Positions 29,489-45,144 of a stretch of 64,000 nt of DNA are shown here, one piece after another (the first letter of the stretch is position 1; every line of letters begins with the position of its first letter). Source of the stretch: Chrysomallon squamiferum. Taxonomy: Eukaryota > Animalia > Mollusca. Both the position numbers and the translations under genes were made by a program. Location of the stretch: contig CM022675.1 in assembly GCA_012295275.1 (NCBI GenBank), positions 11,160,001 through 11,224,000 on the forward strand. The letters run 5' to 3'. Under the pieces are notes generated by a model. That model worked only from the letters and a program-made list of their open reading frames with translations. It had not been told where the DNA came from and did not search any database.

Positions 29489-29525
<37 letters not shown>

Positions 29526-30247
29526 TAACAAATGATACTCTGTTACATATATCTTCTTTTTCTACTTCTTTTTTCCCTTTTGTTTCTTCCTACACAATTT
29601 ACCCATCAATCGCAAAAAAAAAAAAAAAAAAAAAAATGAAAGAAGTAGAAGAAAATTTAGACGAACCCGGTATCGTACTGACAGTACTTATACATCAGTG
29701 TTCACTATTTAGCCGATGGCGTAAACTTAGTACGCATTACAACGAAAGCAAAAACACTAACAGTCAAGAGAGCTGTGGAGAAATTAATGTGTCTATTTTC
29801 GCTCTTTAAATTTAACGGTAGTTCCACCGGCTAGAAACAATAGGTAACAATCGGCGATTTCTTTGTTCACCGCACAGTAATTTGTTTTGTCACGACTCTA
29901 CTGTTTTGATAGAGTGTTATATAAACGGTTTTTGAAACTGGTGATTTCTCGTGGTGACGTATAAAACTAGACAGTTATGTCGAGTCATATAGCGATAAGA
30001 AAGAGAAGCAGCCGTCGTTTTGTTATGTAAAAGTTTTGTTTCTATTTTCTTTCTTTTTTCTTTTTAATTTTTTTAAATTTTATTATTTGTTTTTTCTTTA
30101 TTTTTTATTTTTTTATTTTTGTTGCAACACATTACGGCTGCTTTTGATAACAGAAGTGTTTTCTTTTATATGGAACAATATGTTAAGTCCAAAATTAACA
30201 ACAACAACAGCAGCAACAACAACAACAACAACAGTAACAACAACAAC

Positions 30248-30299
<52 letters not shown>

Positions 30300-31079
30300 G
30301 TAATAACAATAATAGTGACGATGATGTTATAACGATCTTTTTTCCAAATGAATTTTTTTTGTAGTCATTCATTCATTCTTTCTTTCATTCATTCATCCGC
30401 TCATTATTATAATTTATTTCCTACATTTCTAAAAAAGGAAATTTTATGATGATTAAGATAATGGTGACATTGTTTTATTACCACGGACTATAATGAATAT
30501 AAAGAAAGAAACAGAGAAACAAAGAATTATAAGTGTTATAATCGTTTAAAGAGTAAAAGTTGTTTCTTTAGGAAAATACAGAGAAGAACAGACAGAGTCA
30601 TTGACAGACAGAGAAACTGACAGAAAAACAGACAGGGACATCGATGGACACAGACACTGACAAACAGAAGGAGACACCTGAAAGAGAGACAGAGACACTG
30701 ACAAAGACACTGACAAACAGACAGAGACACAGAAAGACTGGAATACAGGTCGACAACTATATTAATATTTTTATTTTTTATTTTTATTTTTTTTTTTTTT
30801 TTTTTTTTTTTTTCGCGATAATTAGTTTATATTTCTAGGACTAGTTGTATCAGGTCAGTATGTAACATGGGTTTAAGAAAACATTCAGTATCTAAATTTT
30901 ATAAGCACTGTGCTCTTCAGCGTATTAAATTTACGTGTACTTGTGATTTTAATAGGAAGTATGCAAATAAAATAAGCCATAAAAAGTTTGTACTTAATAT
31001 TTATAGGATTTTCATGTTCAGACTTGACATAAATATAGAAGATTAGAATTATTATGAAAAAATATATAACCATAGACTT

Positions 31080-31211
<132 letters not shown>

Positions 31212-31509
31212 AAAAACGGGTTTATAGTATGTGCAACTGAATATGTAAGTACGTAGTTTTTGTCTGCCTGTGTGTGTGTGTGTGTGTGTGTGTGTCTGCG
31301 TGTGTGTGACTCGAATAATTATATGAATAGAAAAACAAGGGAATTAGAAATAGATTAATATATGTAAGATACATACAAATTACAGTCAGAACAGACATAA
31401 TAAATAATAAATAAATAAAAGAGCACTGAAAATTTAATAAAATAAAAAACACAAACATAGTAAATGTATGAAATAAATAAATTAAATAATAATAATAATA
31501 AAATAAATA

Positions 31510-31586
<77 letters not shown>

Positions 31587-32150
31587 TAATAATAATAATA
31601 AACCATAAAGAGAAACAATCAATAAAAGAAATAGAGTTTTTGTATTAACGTAATTAACACCTAACTCCCACAAATTTGGAAATGTCTAAGCGATGACAAT
31701 GGAAAAAAAACAAAACAAAAAAACAAACAACGTAAAACTGTTTTTGCGGTAAGAACAACGTGACTAAACATACGTATTTAAAGCATGCACAGATATATCA
31801 GATGATTGTTATACATTAAAATGCTAATTTGCATATTTTAGATAGGTTGTGTCATTTGTGTGAGTTGCCTAGGTCACAACTTCCGATTTGAGATATATAT
31901 ATATACATATATATACACATTATTTTTATTATTATTATTTTTTAAACGTACAGATTAAATTACAATAGGAAAATAATATCTCCATTAGCTTAATAGGTCA
32001 CCTGTGCGTAGGTATGTATTATGCAGAGCGATTGAAATAATATTTACTAACCCAAAACCTGACTAATCTGATGAAAGTTTGAAAGATATATGCAAAATAA
32101 AAAGCGACTGTGAGAGAGAGAGAGATAGGTAGATAGATAGATAGACAGAT

Positions 32151-32240
<90 letters not shown>

Positions 32241-32243
32241 GGA

Positions 32244-32306
<63 letters not shown>

Positions 32307-32727
32307 TATTATGGAGACAAATAAACACACAAATACATGACCTTACTTCTACGCTTTTAGTAATAATATACTTTATGTGTATAATATACCAACGTATATA
32401 ATTTCGTTTTATTTATATAACTTAAAATTTTGAAACTTTATCATCAAACTTTACTTTTCTTTCCTTTTTATTAACAACCTCTGTGAAATATAAGGAGATA
32501 TTATTGCCTTAAAACCACCCAAAGACTAAGGTTTATTTTTTTATATATATATTGTCCTATATACTTTCTCCTAGAGGCGTGTCATAAACAGAGTTTTATG
32601 GTGCATTATATTTTAATGCTTTTGAAGGGTAAGTAAAGTTGTTGTCAATAAATTAAAATGTGCTTAAGTATTGCCAAGTGGAAGCGAGTATTGTGAAACA
32701 AACCTTTGGGCACGTATTGCAATTTAA

Positions 32728-32894
32728 GTGTCTGCATATCCTGTGTACGTCGTGTCTGTATATCCTGTGTACGTCGTGTCTGTATATCCTGTGTACGTCG
32801 TGTCTGTATATCCTGTGTACGTCGTGTCTGTATATCCTGTGTACGTCGTGTCTGTATATCCTGTGTACGTCGTGTCTGCATATCCTGCGTACGT
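32728..32894 (+). repeat. 24-bp minisatellite, 7 copies
   Basis: Unit GTGTCTGTATATCCTGTGTACGTC; five identical internal copies, with first and last copies carrying the CTGCAT variant. Confidence 0.97.
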
Positions 32895-33023
32895 AAGGTC
32901 TCTCTGTGTGTGTGTGCGTATGTGTGTATAAGTGTGTGTGATAGAGAGATAAAGACAGATTAAAAAAGGAGGTGAGATGATGAACGAATTAAGCGAGACA
33001 ACAGAACATATAATACTGGTCAA

Positions 33024-33062
<39 letters not shown>

Positions 33063-33105
33063 CATAATATAAATTAATAATAATAATAATAATAAATAAA
33101 TTAAT

Positions 33106-33136
<31 letters not shown>

Positions 33137-34340
33137 AATAAATAATTGAAATAAAATAAAATAAAATAAAATAATAAAAATATTTCATAGAACAAGCAAT
33201 CAGACAATGAATTGCATCAGACACTGCTTTGCTTATGGTGACGCAATTTCCGATAAGACACTAGACAGTCAGCAACCTAGCCTAGGTAAATCAGTCGAGT
33301 GATCAACCAGCCAATGATTGTACAAGAAACCAGGCAACAATCTACAAGCCAGTCACTGCACAACAATCCAAAAAAAATAAACAACAAACTCTACAATCAG
33401 TGAAACCAGTAAACGAAAGACAAGAAAGCAAATCCAAGACAACAATGAATACACCCCCACAAAAAATCCTCAAACAAAACCCACCATCAACAAAAAAAAC
33501 AAACAAAAAAAACAAACAAACAAAAAAAAACAACGAAAATAAACATTACAAAAAACATCAAAATTTTCTGTTACCTGTGTGCGTGTATTGTCTTTGTACG
33601 TTGAATGTACGTACGTATATATATCCATTTACATACGCACAACTGTTTCCACGAATGCAGTTTATAGATCTAGCGGGTTCTACTATGATGATGCAGAAAC
33701 ATACGAAAACTGATTTTTCAGATGAAACAAAAAGTCATAACGGAAACGTTCAACCCTGTTAATGGCAATAATAAACAAATAAACGTACATTTACAATACG
33801 TCTTGAGAATATTTGTGGGGTTTTGTATTGACAGCTGAACGGTTATTGCACTGACCTAAGAAATTAAACGGACAAACACGTTTTTTATATACGTCTCACT
33901 TAGTGAGGAGATTAAAAAAAAAAAGAAAAAAGGCAAAAAAAAAGTAAAAGATAAAAACAAAAAAAATGAAAAACAAATGATAGAAAATGAATGACGTCAG
34001 TAATAATACAATAACGTCAATCTATAAAACTGCATATGTTATTTTTCTTCTTGTGTTCATTATAATATACGTTGAGAGTACGATCTCGGTTGCATAGTAA
34101 TGATGATGTATTATGTATTCTCCATACCGAACCATGTGTACTAAATACACGAAGGAACAGAATAATTGTTTAACTACACCTGAAAAGAGTAACAAGTGAT
34201 TCTTTTGAGCGTTTTTAAATGATAATAATAAGAAAGAAATAAAAACAAAGAGAAGAAGAAAAAAAAAGATGGAAATCCACTGTCGCCAGACTGAGACTAT
34301 AGTAATTGTGGAAACTGTGATTCAAAAAAAAAAAAAGCCG

Positions 34341-34371
<31 letters not shown>

Positions 34372-34773
34372 TTGGCTAAAATATTACAATTGCATTTGAT
34401 AAGGAAAGTATTTAATATAAAAAAATAATAATAATAATAAACTCGAGAATTACCACTACTAGTGCAGCTACTATTACAACTACTACTGCTACTAATATCA
34501 CTGCTGCTGCTTCTTCAACAACTACTACTACTACTAATATTAATCAAGAGGATGACGATGATGATATTAATAATCATATTGCTGGTGTAAGCAGGATGAA
34601 ATCTGAGATCTTATATATTCAAATGAACGCTTTAAGTCATTACTACAATAATGTATTCAGTAGCGAATTATCTATTTATTATTCCTTATAATCACACATT
34701 TCTCAATTGTAGAGGTAGTAGTAGTAGTGGTAGTAATAGTAGTAGTAGTAGCAGTAGCAATAGAATAGTAGTC

Positions 34774-34805
<32 letters not shown>

Positions 34806-34952
34806 TAGCATAGTAGTATCATCATCATAAATGTCTAGTACAGCAACAGTGATAATAATGCATTATTATATCACATTATTATTATAATCATCATCATTAT
34901 CATTATCATTTATATTATTATTATTATGATTATTATTATTATTATTATTATA

Positions 34953-35009
<57 letters not shown>

Positions 35010-35433
35010 TACAATAACTGTTTCACTGTTTGAAATAAATGATGTTAATATTTTCATTATGCGAAATGCAAAGAGAAAGTCCCAGAATTGTAATGAGCTG
35101 ACCAGTTATTTTTTTATTAAGTGGGTTAGACTCTGAAACTCATTTTACGATTTGTTTGTATTGCAAAACAGTGGCTTTTAGTCTTATCAGATTTTCTAGC
35201 GATATAAACTTCTCCATAGTAATGTGTGTAGTAGATTAGTGGAAGCAAGTAAAACTGACTCATGCAGTGTAGTGATTTTGCTATCATAGGTAAAACAAAG
35301 AGTTAAATACTGATGTAATTAGTACATGTACGCTGGTGTATTTTTTCCATTTATTATTATTTTTTTTTTTCCTGTTATATTATCATTAGTGATGATATGT
35401 TAATCTAATCTATCGCTATCTGCACGCTATCTG

Positions 35434-35504
<71 letters not shown>

Positions 35505-35815
35505 TTCTCTTTATCTATCTCTCTTTCTTTTTTCTTTCTCTCTGTTTGTCTTTCTTTAATATTTTTCTGTTGATGTAATATCAGTTGTTTGATGTTTTAC
35601 AAAGACCGATAATGTTTTTCTTATAACACAAACAAACATAAATTTATATAATAAATAAATTTGATGAGAGAAGATACACACAGAGATAAAATTTAAAAAA
35701 ATAAAAAAAAGAAGTAGAAAAGGGAAAAAAAGAACCATAAAAAGCATAAATGTTAAAAAAACACTACAAATGAATAAAATATATATATCTAATAAACAAA
35801 TAAATCAATGAAACT

Positions 35816-36069
35816 AACTTGATTATAATGATATCGTATTGTGTGTGGCAGCTGTACCAGTAACAAAACACAAATAAATTATTGATATCAGACAACTATC
35901 GATATACCACAACACATTTACAGATGACCAATCGATCGGTTAAAGTTATTTATAGTCGAAACTAAAATTATATACACATGCGTTTGTTATTTTTCCTTTC
36001 GTTTACAGCTTCTCATTATTATTAATATGATTATGATTATGATGATTATTGTTGTTGTTGCTGCCGTTG
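35816..36069 (-). repeat. Dispersed repeat or duplication, copy B (inverted)
   Basis: Reverse complement aligns with 21483-21785. Confidence 0.92.
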
Positions 36070-36694
36070 TCGTCGTCGTTGTCATGCAAAAAATGAAGTT
36101 TCCAAACTTCCAACTTTATTTTAACGATACTGTATTTATCTTTCTTGTATTTATGTAAGCTGTATCACCAAACAAGCTTCAAAATTGCTGCTAGTGTTTT
36201 AAACCCAGATATCTAAAACATTATTTTGTACACTATATTGAAAGTTTATATTACAAAATTTATAAATAAAAAAAAAAATTAAAAAAATTAAAAATCATCA
36301 TTATCATATACTTTTCAAAGAGGCCATTTAATTGCTATGACGTCAACAATTGGAATGACGTAATGGCATTATTGCGTGGTTAGTCGGGTTTGTTTTAAGC
36401 AAGGACAAAGTAATAACCCAGGTAACGGTGGATTTTTTTATTATTATTATTATTCATTTTAGAATTAAATACAAAACCAAACACACCTGCAGACATTTAT
36501 ACACCTGAAATACACACGCTACAGTTCATGCACACACAGTACGCACACACAGATACAAATATACACATACACATACAAAAAAAACAACAAAAAAACAACA
36601 CATTCGATATATTTACCGTATACTGTTAAATACAATTACCTAACTTACTAATCGTTTTAACTTTCTCTTAATTAATTTTTTTTTTATTCTTGTT

Positions 36695-37155
36695 ACAGCC
36701 GAGCCTGGCAATTTGACACATTACCGAAATTGTTCTCAGCTGCATCTAAGGTTTCCACTCACAAAACCGGAGCCAATTTACCGAACAAAAATTGTGTACC
36801 AAAACATTTAGCTGCGTTGTCAGTGTCGCTAAAGTCAATGAGAAAACGGTCCCCGTAAATACCACGGAAAGCCACAAATTACCGTACAGGACCGTCAATC
36901 GCAATCATTGTGTGTGTCTGTTTGATTACCTTGTCACTGTTATTTAGCCAATTCATCTCGGCAAATTGAGGGCCTGACCTTAAACGCGAGACTGGTGAAT
37001 TAGCGGACATAAATTCAGCCAGAGGCGACCCGTGAACCAGAGATTTAAGAGTCCGGTGTCCGACAGTGTGACTCAAGCTCTGACCGGTACCCTGAACTTT
37101 TCAGAGTGTCCGAAATGGTAATGGTCAGCGAGGGATATTGTGATCAGTGGACTGT
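36695..37155. promoter_or_regulatory. Complex CpG-rich island
   Basis: Non-repetitive GC-enriched block with several homeodomain AATTA/TAAAT cores and TGTCA/TGACA words. Confidence 0.4.
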
Positions 37156-37169
37156 GATTTAATTATTTA

Positions 37170-37203
<34 letters not shown>

Positions 37204-37287
37204 GGTAGTGGTAGTTGTAGTAGTAATGATAATGACGATGATCATGATGATAATAACAATAACGATAACCATAATGATAATGAAGAC

Positions 37288-37343
<56 letters not shown>

Positions 37344-37379
37344 CATAATCGTCGTCATCATTATTATTATCATTATTAC

Positions 37380-37432
<53 letters not shown>

Positions 37433-38638
37433 TTATTACTATTATCACTAGTATGATCAGTAGTAATAGTGTGTGTCTGTGTGTGTTGTTTGTATGTGAT
37501 CTGCATCATTATGAGGTGTGTTTTTGTTTGTTTGTTTATTTTATTTTATTTTATTGGTGGGGAACGGTTCTTCAAACTTCTTGTCCTTTTAATTTTTCTT
37601 CTTCTTTTACTCAAGAGTTAAAGGTTACAAAGTCTGAATTTTGGCACGATCAATTAAAAATATGTACCTGGAAAAGTGTATGTAAAAGAGAATGTATTAC
37701 TAGTATATGAAGAATATATGTACAATGAAAAAAAAAAAAAAAAAAAAAAAATAGTATATATTAAAGGAGAATTTATTGCTAGTATATGAAGAATATATAT
37801 AAGATAATAATGAAAAAAAAACAAAGATAGATAGATAAATAGATAAACAAATAATAAAAACACCTAATATTTAGTTATCTAAAATACACTTATACAAAAT
37901 TAATCTATATCGTCAGGCAATTAACACAAAACAAAACAAACAAACAAACAAACAAAAAAGTTTATATTTCATCATCATCATCATCATTACTCGGGTATGG
38001 TTTTCCCATCTAGTTCGTATTCACAGAATGTTCCTGCTTATGAAATTAAACGAGTTGTTTAGTTCGTACGAATTCTAGGAACTTCAGAAGTAAGGAAGCG
38101 AAAAGAGCAGTAAATTGTGTTTGTCGTTTGACTGTGTTTCTCTGTCGATTGCCACTTGAACGACAGCAAATTGCCATGACATTCCAGCACTTGCAACAAT
38201 GAACGTGTGGTCTGGTACTGATGGGTAAGAAACACTGCCTCGTTTGAGACGAGAGATATATTTAAATAAATAAGTACTTAAGTAAGTAAGTAAGTAAGTA
38301 AGTAAGTATGTAAGTGTGTGTGTATGTGTGTATGTAATAAACTAGAGAAATGAATTAGTAAGTAATTAAAGGGAAATAAATGAATGAATAAATGAATAAA
38401 TAAAATAAATGAGTAAATAAATAAATAAAATAAATGAACAAATAAATGAGTAAATAAGTAAGTAAATAAATAAGTAAATAAGTAAGTAAATAAATAAGTA
38501 AGTACGTAAATAAAAATAAATAAATACAAGTACAGAAATAGAAAATAGAAATAACCATTTTGTTGTTGGTATAATAAGAAAGAAGTTAATAAGAGAGAAA
38601 GCAGGTGAAAAAAAATAGTTGCAGACATATGCTAAAAT

Positions 38639-38728
<90 letters not shown>

Positions 38729-40789
38729 CCTGGTATATAAATTGTTTAAAACTAAACATATGTCAGAACTTGAATATAATATTGTATAAAAGCATCGCAC
38801 CAAAAAATGTGGATGATTCTTAATTACTTTTTTTTGTCATTGTTATCAATGCAGTCTGACTTACAGTCTCGTTTTAGAAACGTTAATTATTTGTCATTAT
38901 CACTTAAGTGGGTTCCTGTGTTACGGAACTAATTCAAGAGGAATCAGAAAGAAAGCTTTATCTTCATTATCAATTAGCGTGTGTATTTGTCTTCTTCAAG
39001 ATCGGTTTGGATTACTTACATTCGAGCTATAAATACACAGTTTCAAGCACTAAGCAACCAAGGCAATCCTTAAGGACAGGGCCAATTAAATAGCTTTCGC
39101 TGTTTCATAATTTGAGACACGTTTGATTAGTTACAACAGAATATAGTAAATTTGCGTAGAAAAACAGAAACGAGTTCGCTCGTATTTAAAGAGTTTTAAA
39201 TTGAATCCTTTTTCATTAAATTGTCTATTTAGCTATCGCTGCAGTTTCGTCATTAAGGAAAGTACTTATCGAAATTACGACCTCACAGAAGTTTCTCGTA
39301 AATGTTTACGATATTTCGGAACTGCACATGGCTACGCTTCCTCTGAAGGGAACTTCAGCTTTTCTTTTCTGCCCAGTCTCAGTAACGAAATATTTTATAC
39401 AATTTTCAGTACAGAAAATCAACATGACAGAAAGAAATATTGCATTTCTTAAGTGACCTGTCAGGTGCTGTGGTTCGCGATGACCACTGGTCAAGCAATG
39501 TGTGGCCATCTGGACAGTCCATCGCGAACTGACCATCGCTGTCTTTGCAAAGCGGGAAGTAACAGAGACCAGGAGCGGGCAAAATGAGGATATGATGGGC
39601 TTTAGATTATTTGATTACGTAGAGAAGTGAATTAGTTTTGCATTAAGTGGGTTCTCTTTGGCTGTTTGCGCTGGGAAGTCTCTGAATTATTGTCATCCGC
39701 TTTAAGCAGGAAAAGAAACGAAGAAAACTGACCAGCATCTTTTGGTTCTTTATTAAAATCGTGTGAATTAAAAATGATATTTTGCAAATTTTGAAACGCA
39801 TTTCATTAGGTTTTACAATTCGTTTCGTTTCCTTCAGCTTTGCGTTGTTTTTGCCTTGCTTTATTTATTCATTCATTCATTCATTGATTCAATTATTTAT
39901 TTTCAGACTGACATTTCATTGAAGTTTTGTTGTTTTCTTTTGCATATCTTTGTTTGTTTTTATTTTATTTTCTTGTTGTTGTTTTTTGTTTGTTTGTTTT
40001 TTGTTGTTGTTGGTTCAGAAAAATGAAGGTAAAATATTAACTTTTATTTACTTTCTATTTTATACAATCTTTAAGTTCATGACTGGAAGGTTCAGAAAGA
40101 AAGCTTAGATGAATTCAGATGTGGTGTGTGTGTGTGTGTGCGTGTGTGTGTGTGTGTGTGTGCGTTCTAAAAATGATATATAAAAAAAAAGCAACAAAAT
40201 GAAGAAAAAGAACAAGAACAAGAATACCAAAAAGAAGATAAAAATCAACGTGTTTAACTTCTCGCAAGAATGAATGAATCTTCATTTATCTAAAGATACG
40301 TTTGCACATTTCACACATAATCGTTTTTAGCTGAGAGATGTGTATATTGTTCAACACTTCATTAATATATTTCAGCTTTAACAGAACCTAACATTAACTT
40401 TTCGATCATTATGATAATAAATGATGATGATTAGAGTGACGAGGGACAGCAGCAACGACAGCAGCAACAGCAGCTGCAACAACAACAGCGACAACAGCAG
40501 CAGCAACAACAGCAACAGCAATAACAACAACAACAACAACAACAATAATAATAATAATAGTAAAAAAAAAAAAAATTTAGAGAAGAAGAAGAAGAAGAAA
40601 AAAATTCTTACACTTGAAAATTCTTCCATATGGGATATCGTCACAGTAGAATTAATATTTATCATCCATTGACATACACCCTAACAGACAGTCAGACACA
40701 CGCAAACACAGACAAATAAAAAGTTTTAAAAATTTTCAACAAAAAAAAAAAAAAAAAAAAAAAAATTAAAATTTAACATGAAAGTTCAC

Positions 40790-41150
40790 ATGCGTGAAAT
40801 TGACAACTTGCTCGCTAAGCTACGAATGTCTGCAGCCTATAAATCGCATAATTCGCTCTATTTCGCATGTCGGAATAATAGAATATGTCAAAACGGTCGT
40901 AAATTGTCCACGCGCGGATGTTGAAATATTAGCAACTGAAAAACGGCATGACTGTTTTCCCTTTGATCTCGCCGCCGATGGGAGAAATGCGGCGCGCGAG
41001 AAATGTATGTTTGCCTCAACGCCGCATCGCCAGAGTTTGTCTGTTGTGACGTCACAAAAAACAGGGGGGGAAAAATCGGAAACCGTGAAAGCGATTTCAT
41101 TAGCATTTCTCCGAGACGTCCGCGCAGAGCGTTTTGTAAGGAAAAGAAAA
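40790..41150. promoter_or_regulatory. CpG-rich island with extended CRE palindrome and TCF site
   Basis: TTGTGACGTCACAA 41044-41057 (perfect 14-bp palindrome) and CCTTTGATCT 40960-40969. Confidence 0.5.
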
Positions 41151-41433
41151 ATAAAGTTGTTAGGAAAATCTTGTGTAGTCTTATAATGAGAGCGAAACGA
41201 AAAAAAGAATATGTTTACACACATTTTGAATGTGTATTGAAAAGATATAGAAAAACCGGCGTCCGCACATATACAAACAGACAGACAGACAGACAGATAG
41301 ACAGACAGACACACATACACACACACAGATGTAAGTCCACATATAAACACCCAGTATACACACACACACACACACTTGAAACTGTGTATTTAATTAGTTA
41401 AGTTAGTTTTATTTATTTATTTATTAGTCATAT

Positions 41434-41464
<31 letters not shown>

Positions 41465-42355
41465 TATATTTATTTATTTATTGTTCATTTTAATAAATTA
41501 TATGCGGTTTTTTTTTCTGTTTTATCATCTTAATTAGTTATTTAATTATTAGGCACTCTACTTGTGTGTGACACATAATTATTTGTTTGTTCTTTTTATT
41601 ATTCAAGTGTAATTTTAATAGGCTCAAGCTTTACACTCGACACCTGGCTTATCTGCCGAAAAAAAAAACTTATTACTTAGGATGCCTGGTACGATCTGGC
41701 TAATAGGGTTATCTCCACCTTGATAACATAGGCGGCTCTCTACTTTCATCCGGGCAATAATTGCCAAAAGAACGACAACTCTAATTGACTACCAATCACT
41801 GCATCCATAAATTATTTCCGGTACTTCTTTTCTTTTCTGTTTTTTTTTTTTTTTTTTTTTTCCCTCCCCGTTGGCATTAGAAACGTGATCTTCTCATATC
41901 TAAGTAGTGAGTAAGAAAATAAAGGAAGAACAATTTTAACAATGTAGGATAATTTACGCTGCAGTGTGTAGGGTAGGATAACACACAGGTGCTATCGTCA
42001 AATAACTGTATGTTTACACAAGTGTTCATTTCACCGTGGTATATATATATATATATATGTATATAACACACGTAATTTATTTTGTCGGATTAATTTCTGT
42101 AGATTCTTTCTTTTGTTGTAGTTAAAATTGTAAGTGTCGATTCTTATATTTGCTTGTCCTTTGATTTTCCTGTTCATTATAATTTTGTTTTTCTTTCAGC
42201 ATTGTTATAACAGTGATGGTGATGATGACGACGGTGATGATGATAATGATGATAATTCTGATGATGGTGATGATCATTGTTACTGTTAAAATTTGCATTT
42301 ACAAAGCCATTTAGCCCTTCCCTCCAGTTTTCCTTATTTCATCTTTTTCAGAAAC

Positions 42356-42527
<172 letters not shown>

Positions 42528-44317
42528 AGATTTCTCTTTCATCCACGGAAGTAACATTATTTACTGTTTCCACATGGTCCCGACATTCGGGCATTACACA
42601 TAACAGCGACTTCGTAGTTAAAATAGTTTTCACTTCATGCCTTTAATGGAGGCATTTATATTTATAGGGTACCGAATGATTTCCTTGAGATATGCAACAT
42701 TTCGAATTCTTGCTCTGTGGGAAAATATTTCAAAAGAAAAGAAAAGAAGCAAAAGAAAGATAATTTTCCATAAAGAAAACGTTATTGAAGTTTTCCATGA
42801 AATACCAATCTGGAGATCGCAAGGGATTTTTCGAACATTACATAAGAAGAATGTCCATAGCATAAAAGTGACAGGTATGATTAAAAAGTAGAAAATATCT
42901 ACGTAATGCAAAGGATTTTTAAAAAAGCAGCATTTCAGTCATAGGTTCTTAATGAACAACTGAAGAACATAACGTAATTTATTCAAAGGTAGATAACTCT
43001 TTACATTAAACTTGCATCTTTCGTGGCCTTCACCTTCTCCGTCGCAGTCTTTCTTGCGTTATCTTAATTAACGTTTGTTTCAAGAATCTGCGGACTGGAA
43101 ACACGCCAATCGTTTTCAGACAGAAGTGATGTGTTATTTATCCTAGACTCAAGCTGGCAGAAAGGGTACCTGACGTTAAAATGCTTCGGTTCCAGAGAAA
43201 TAGAAAAAAAAAAAAAAACGCTAAAAGAATTCAACGTCGTGAGATTTCTCACTAATCACGCCTTGCAAGTTTTTTTTTAACAAGATCGATGGAAAAGGGG
43301 ACTCGTGGTGGCGGTGACCCCCGAACTCCCCCAAACCGTTTGACCTTTTTTTTTTTTTACAGCTTTGCATACCGGTTAAACTGTTACCCCGTGTTTGAGT
43401 CGGCATAAACCATAAAGCAAAAAAAAAAAAAAAAAAAAACTTCTCTGATATACGGTTTCAAGCCATAAAAAAAAAAAAAAAAAAAAAAAAAAATATTAGA
43501 CAAAATATGCCATTTTTATTATCAAGCGTGGATTTTCAAAAAGCTGTCAGCTGCTGGTGTTGTACTGGAAGACACGAAAACGCTTCCATCTGGAATTGTA
43601 AGATGCACGAAGCTCTGATCAGATAAGATGGCGATCTGCTCACGCGTGTTTGTGTTGGGGCATTAAAGTCTCATACCAGTGTTTCTTGCACCTCGTACAT
43701 CAAAAGACGTAGTGTTCCGCGTATGTCTTTGCTTAATTTGATCATAGATTCGTTTGTTCTGTCGAAGGCTTTTTTTTTTTTTTTCTTTCTTTCTTTTTTC
43801 TTTTCTGGATTATAATATGAAGTGTACAGTAATTTTTTATGAGAAGCACACACACACACACACACACACACATAAAGACTCACACACGCAGACACACACG
43901 TACACAGAACTACTATGCATGCATACATACGAACATAAATACATACGTACATACCTAACAGCAGAATTTTATTAGCTCGTTTAGATCTGGCTATATGTTA
44001 TTAATCCAGCAATAAAATCCACACTGAATGACAGAACTAAAGATATTCGAGAATATGATTATTTTGGTGTCAGAAAAATAAGACATAAAGTTATACAGAG
44101 AAAACGTATACTCTGAAAAAAAACACACAGACATAGACAGTATCGAATAATTATATCAAAAGATGAGATAAAAAAAGAACTAAAAAAAAAAAAAATGAAA
44201 CAGAGGCGTAGACAATATTAAAGATTTATTTTAATTTTAACAAAATGAGACAAACTTGATCGGAAGAATAATGTTTCTTTTTATTTGTCTTCTTTCATTT
44301 TTTCTTTTCTTCTTCTT

Positions 44318-44385
<68 letters not shown>

Positions 44386-45144
44386 CATCACTGCTGCGTA
44401 ATTCCTGGGCTAGAACATCAGAGGCAGTACTAAAACTCTATTACCGTATTTAACGATGTAAACGCAGACAACAAATATACGACAAATCTCTTCAAAATCG
44501 CCATAATTATCGTGACCGTTAACCACTCTTCTTTCGGCGATAAAGCGTTTTCCTTGTCGCAGAGGAGAAGCTCGTATTATTCTAGACATTTTGAAACTCC
44601 AGGTCTTCGGGAGAAGAGGTTCAGAAACCCGAAAAAATGTTGTATCAGGCGAGCTCGGCACATTTCCAGTCTCTCTTTATGATCTGTAAAGTGAAATAAG
44701 TATGTGACATTAATACTTCGGCCGTCTACGTCTGCTAAGACTGGGGTTAGAGAAAGGTTGACGATAAAACGGCTGGCGCCAAGATTCAAAAACAAGTTAT
44801 TAATCCCTTTTTTTTTCAGTGTGTGCCGTTGGGTTGTCAGGAAGAAATGGTTATATGGCTGACCTATATAAAATAAATATTCATGGTAAAGTTAACAGAA
44901 GATGTAAAATACAGCAAAATACAGCAAAATAGATGTATCAGTAAATCAATAAATAAATGAAACGTAGAGAGAAAAACAAAAATAAGAACGATGAACTGCA
45001 TTTAATGTTATTTATTCATTTTTTATTTATTTATGTATTTTCATTTTTCGCCTTCTTTCTCTCTTTAATTATTTTAATTATTATTATTATTATTATTATT
45101 ATTATTGCGACATTGCCAAATGTGACATAATAATGATGATGATG

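Noticed and set aside
32728-32894. CRISPR-like appearance of the 24-bp array (also the 30-bp and 57-bp arrays)
   Set aside because: Units are head-to-tail without unique spacers of CRISPR length, no cas genes, eukaryotic context.
40794-41371. Overlapping complex ORFs of 130-183 aa on both strands
   Set aside because: No recognisable family, non-ATG starts for several, open on both strands, no clear splice sites; better explained as a GC-richer regulatory island.
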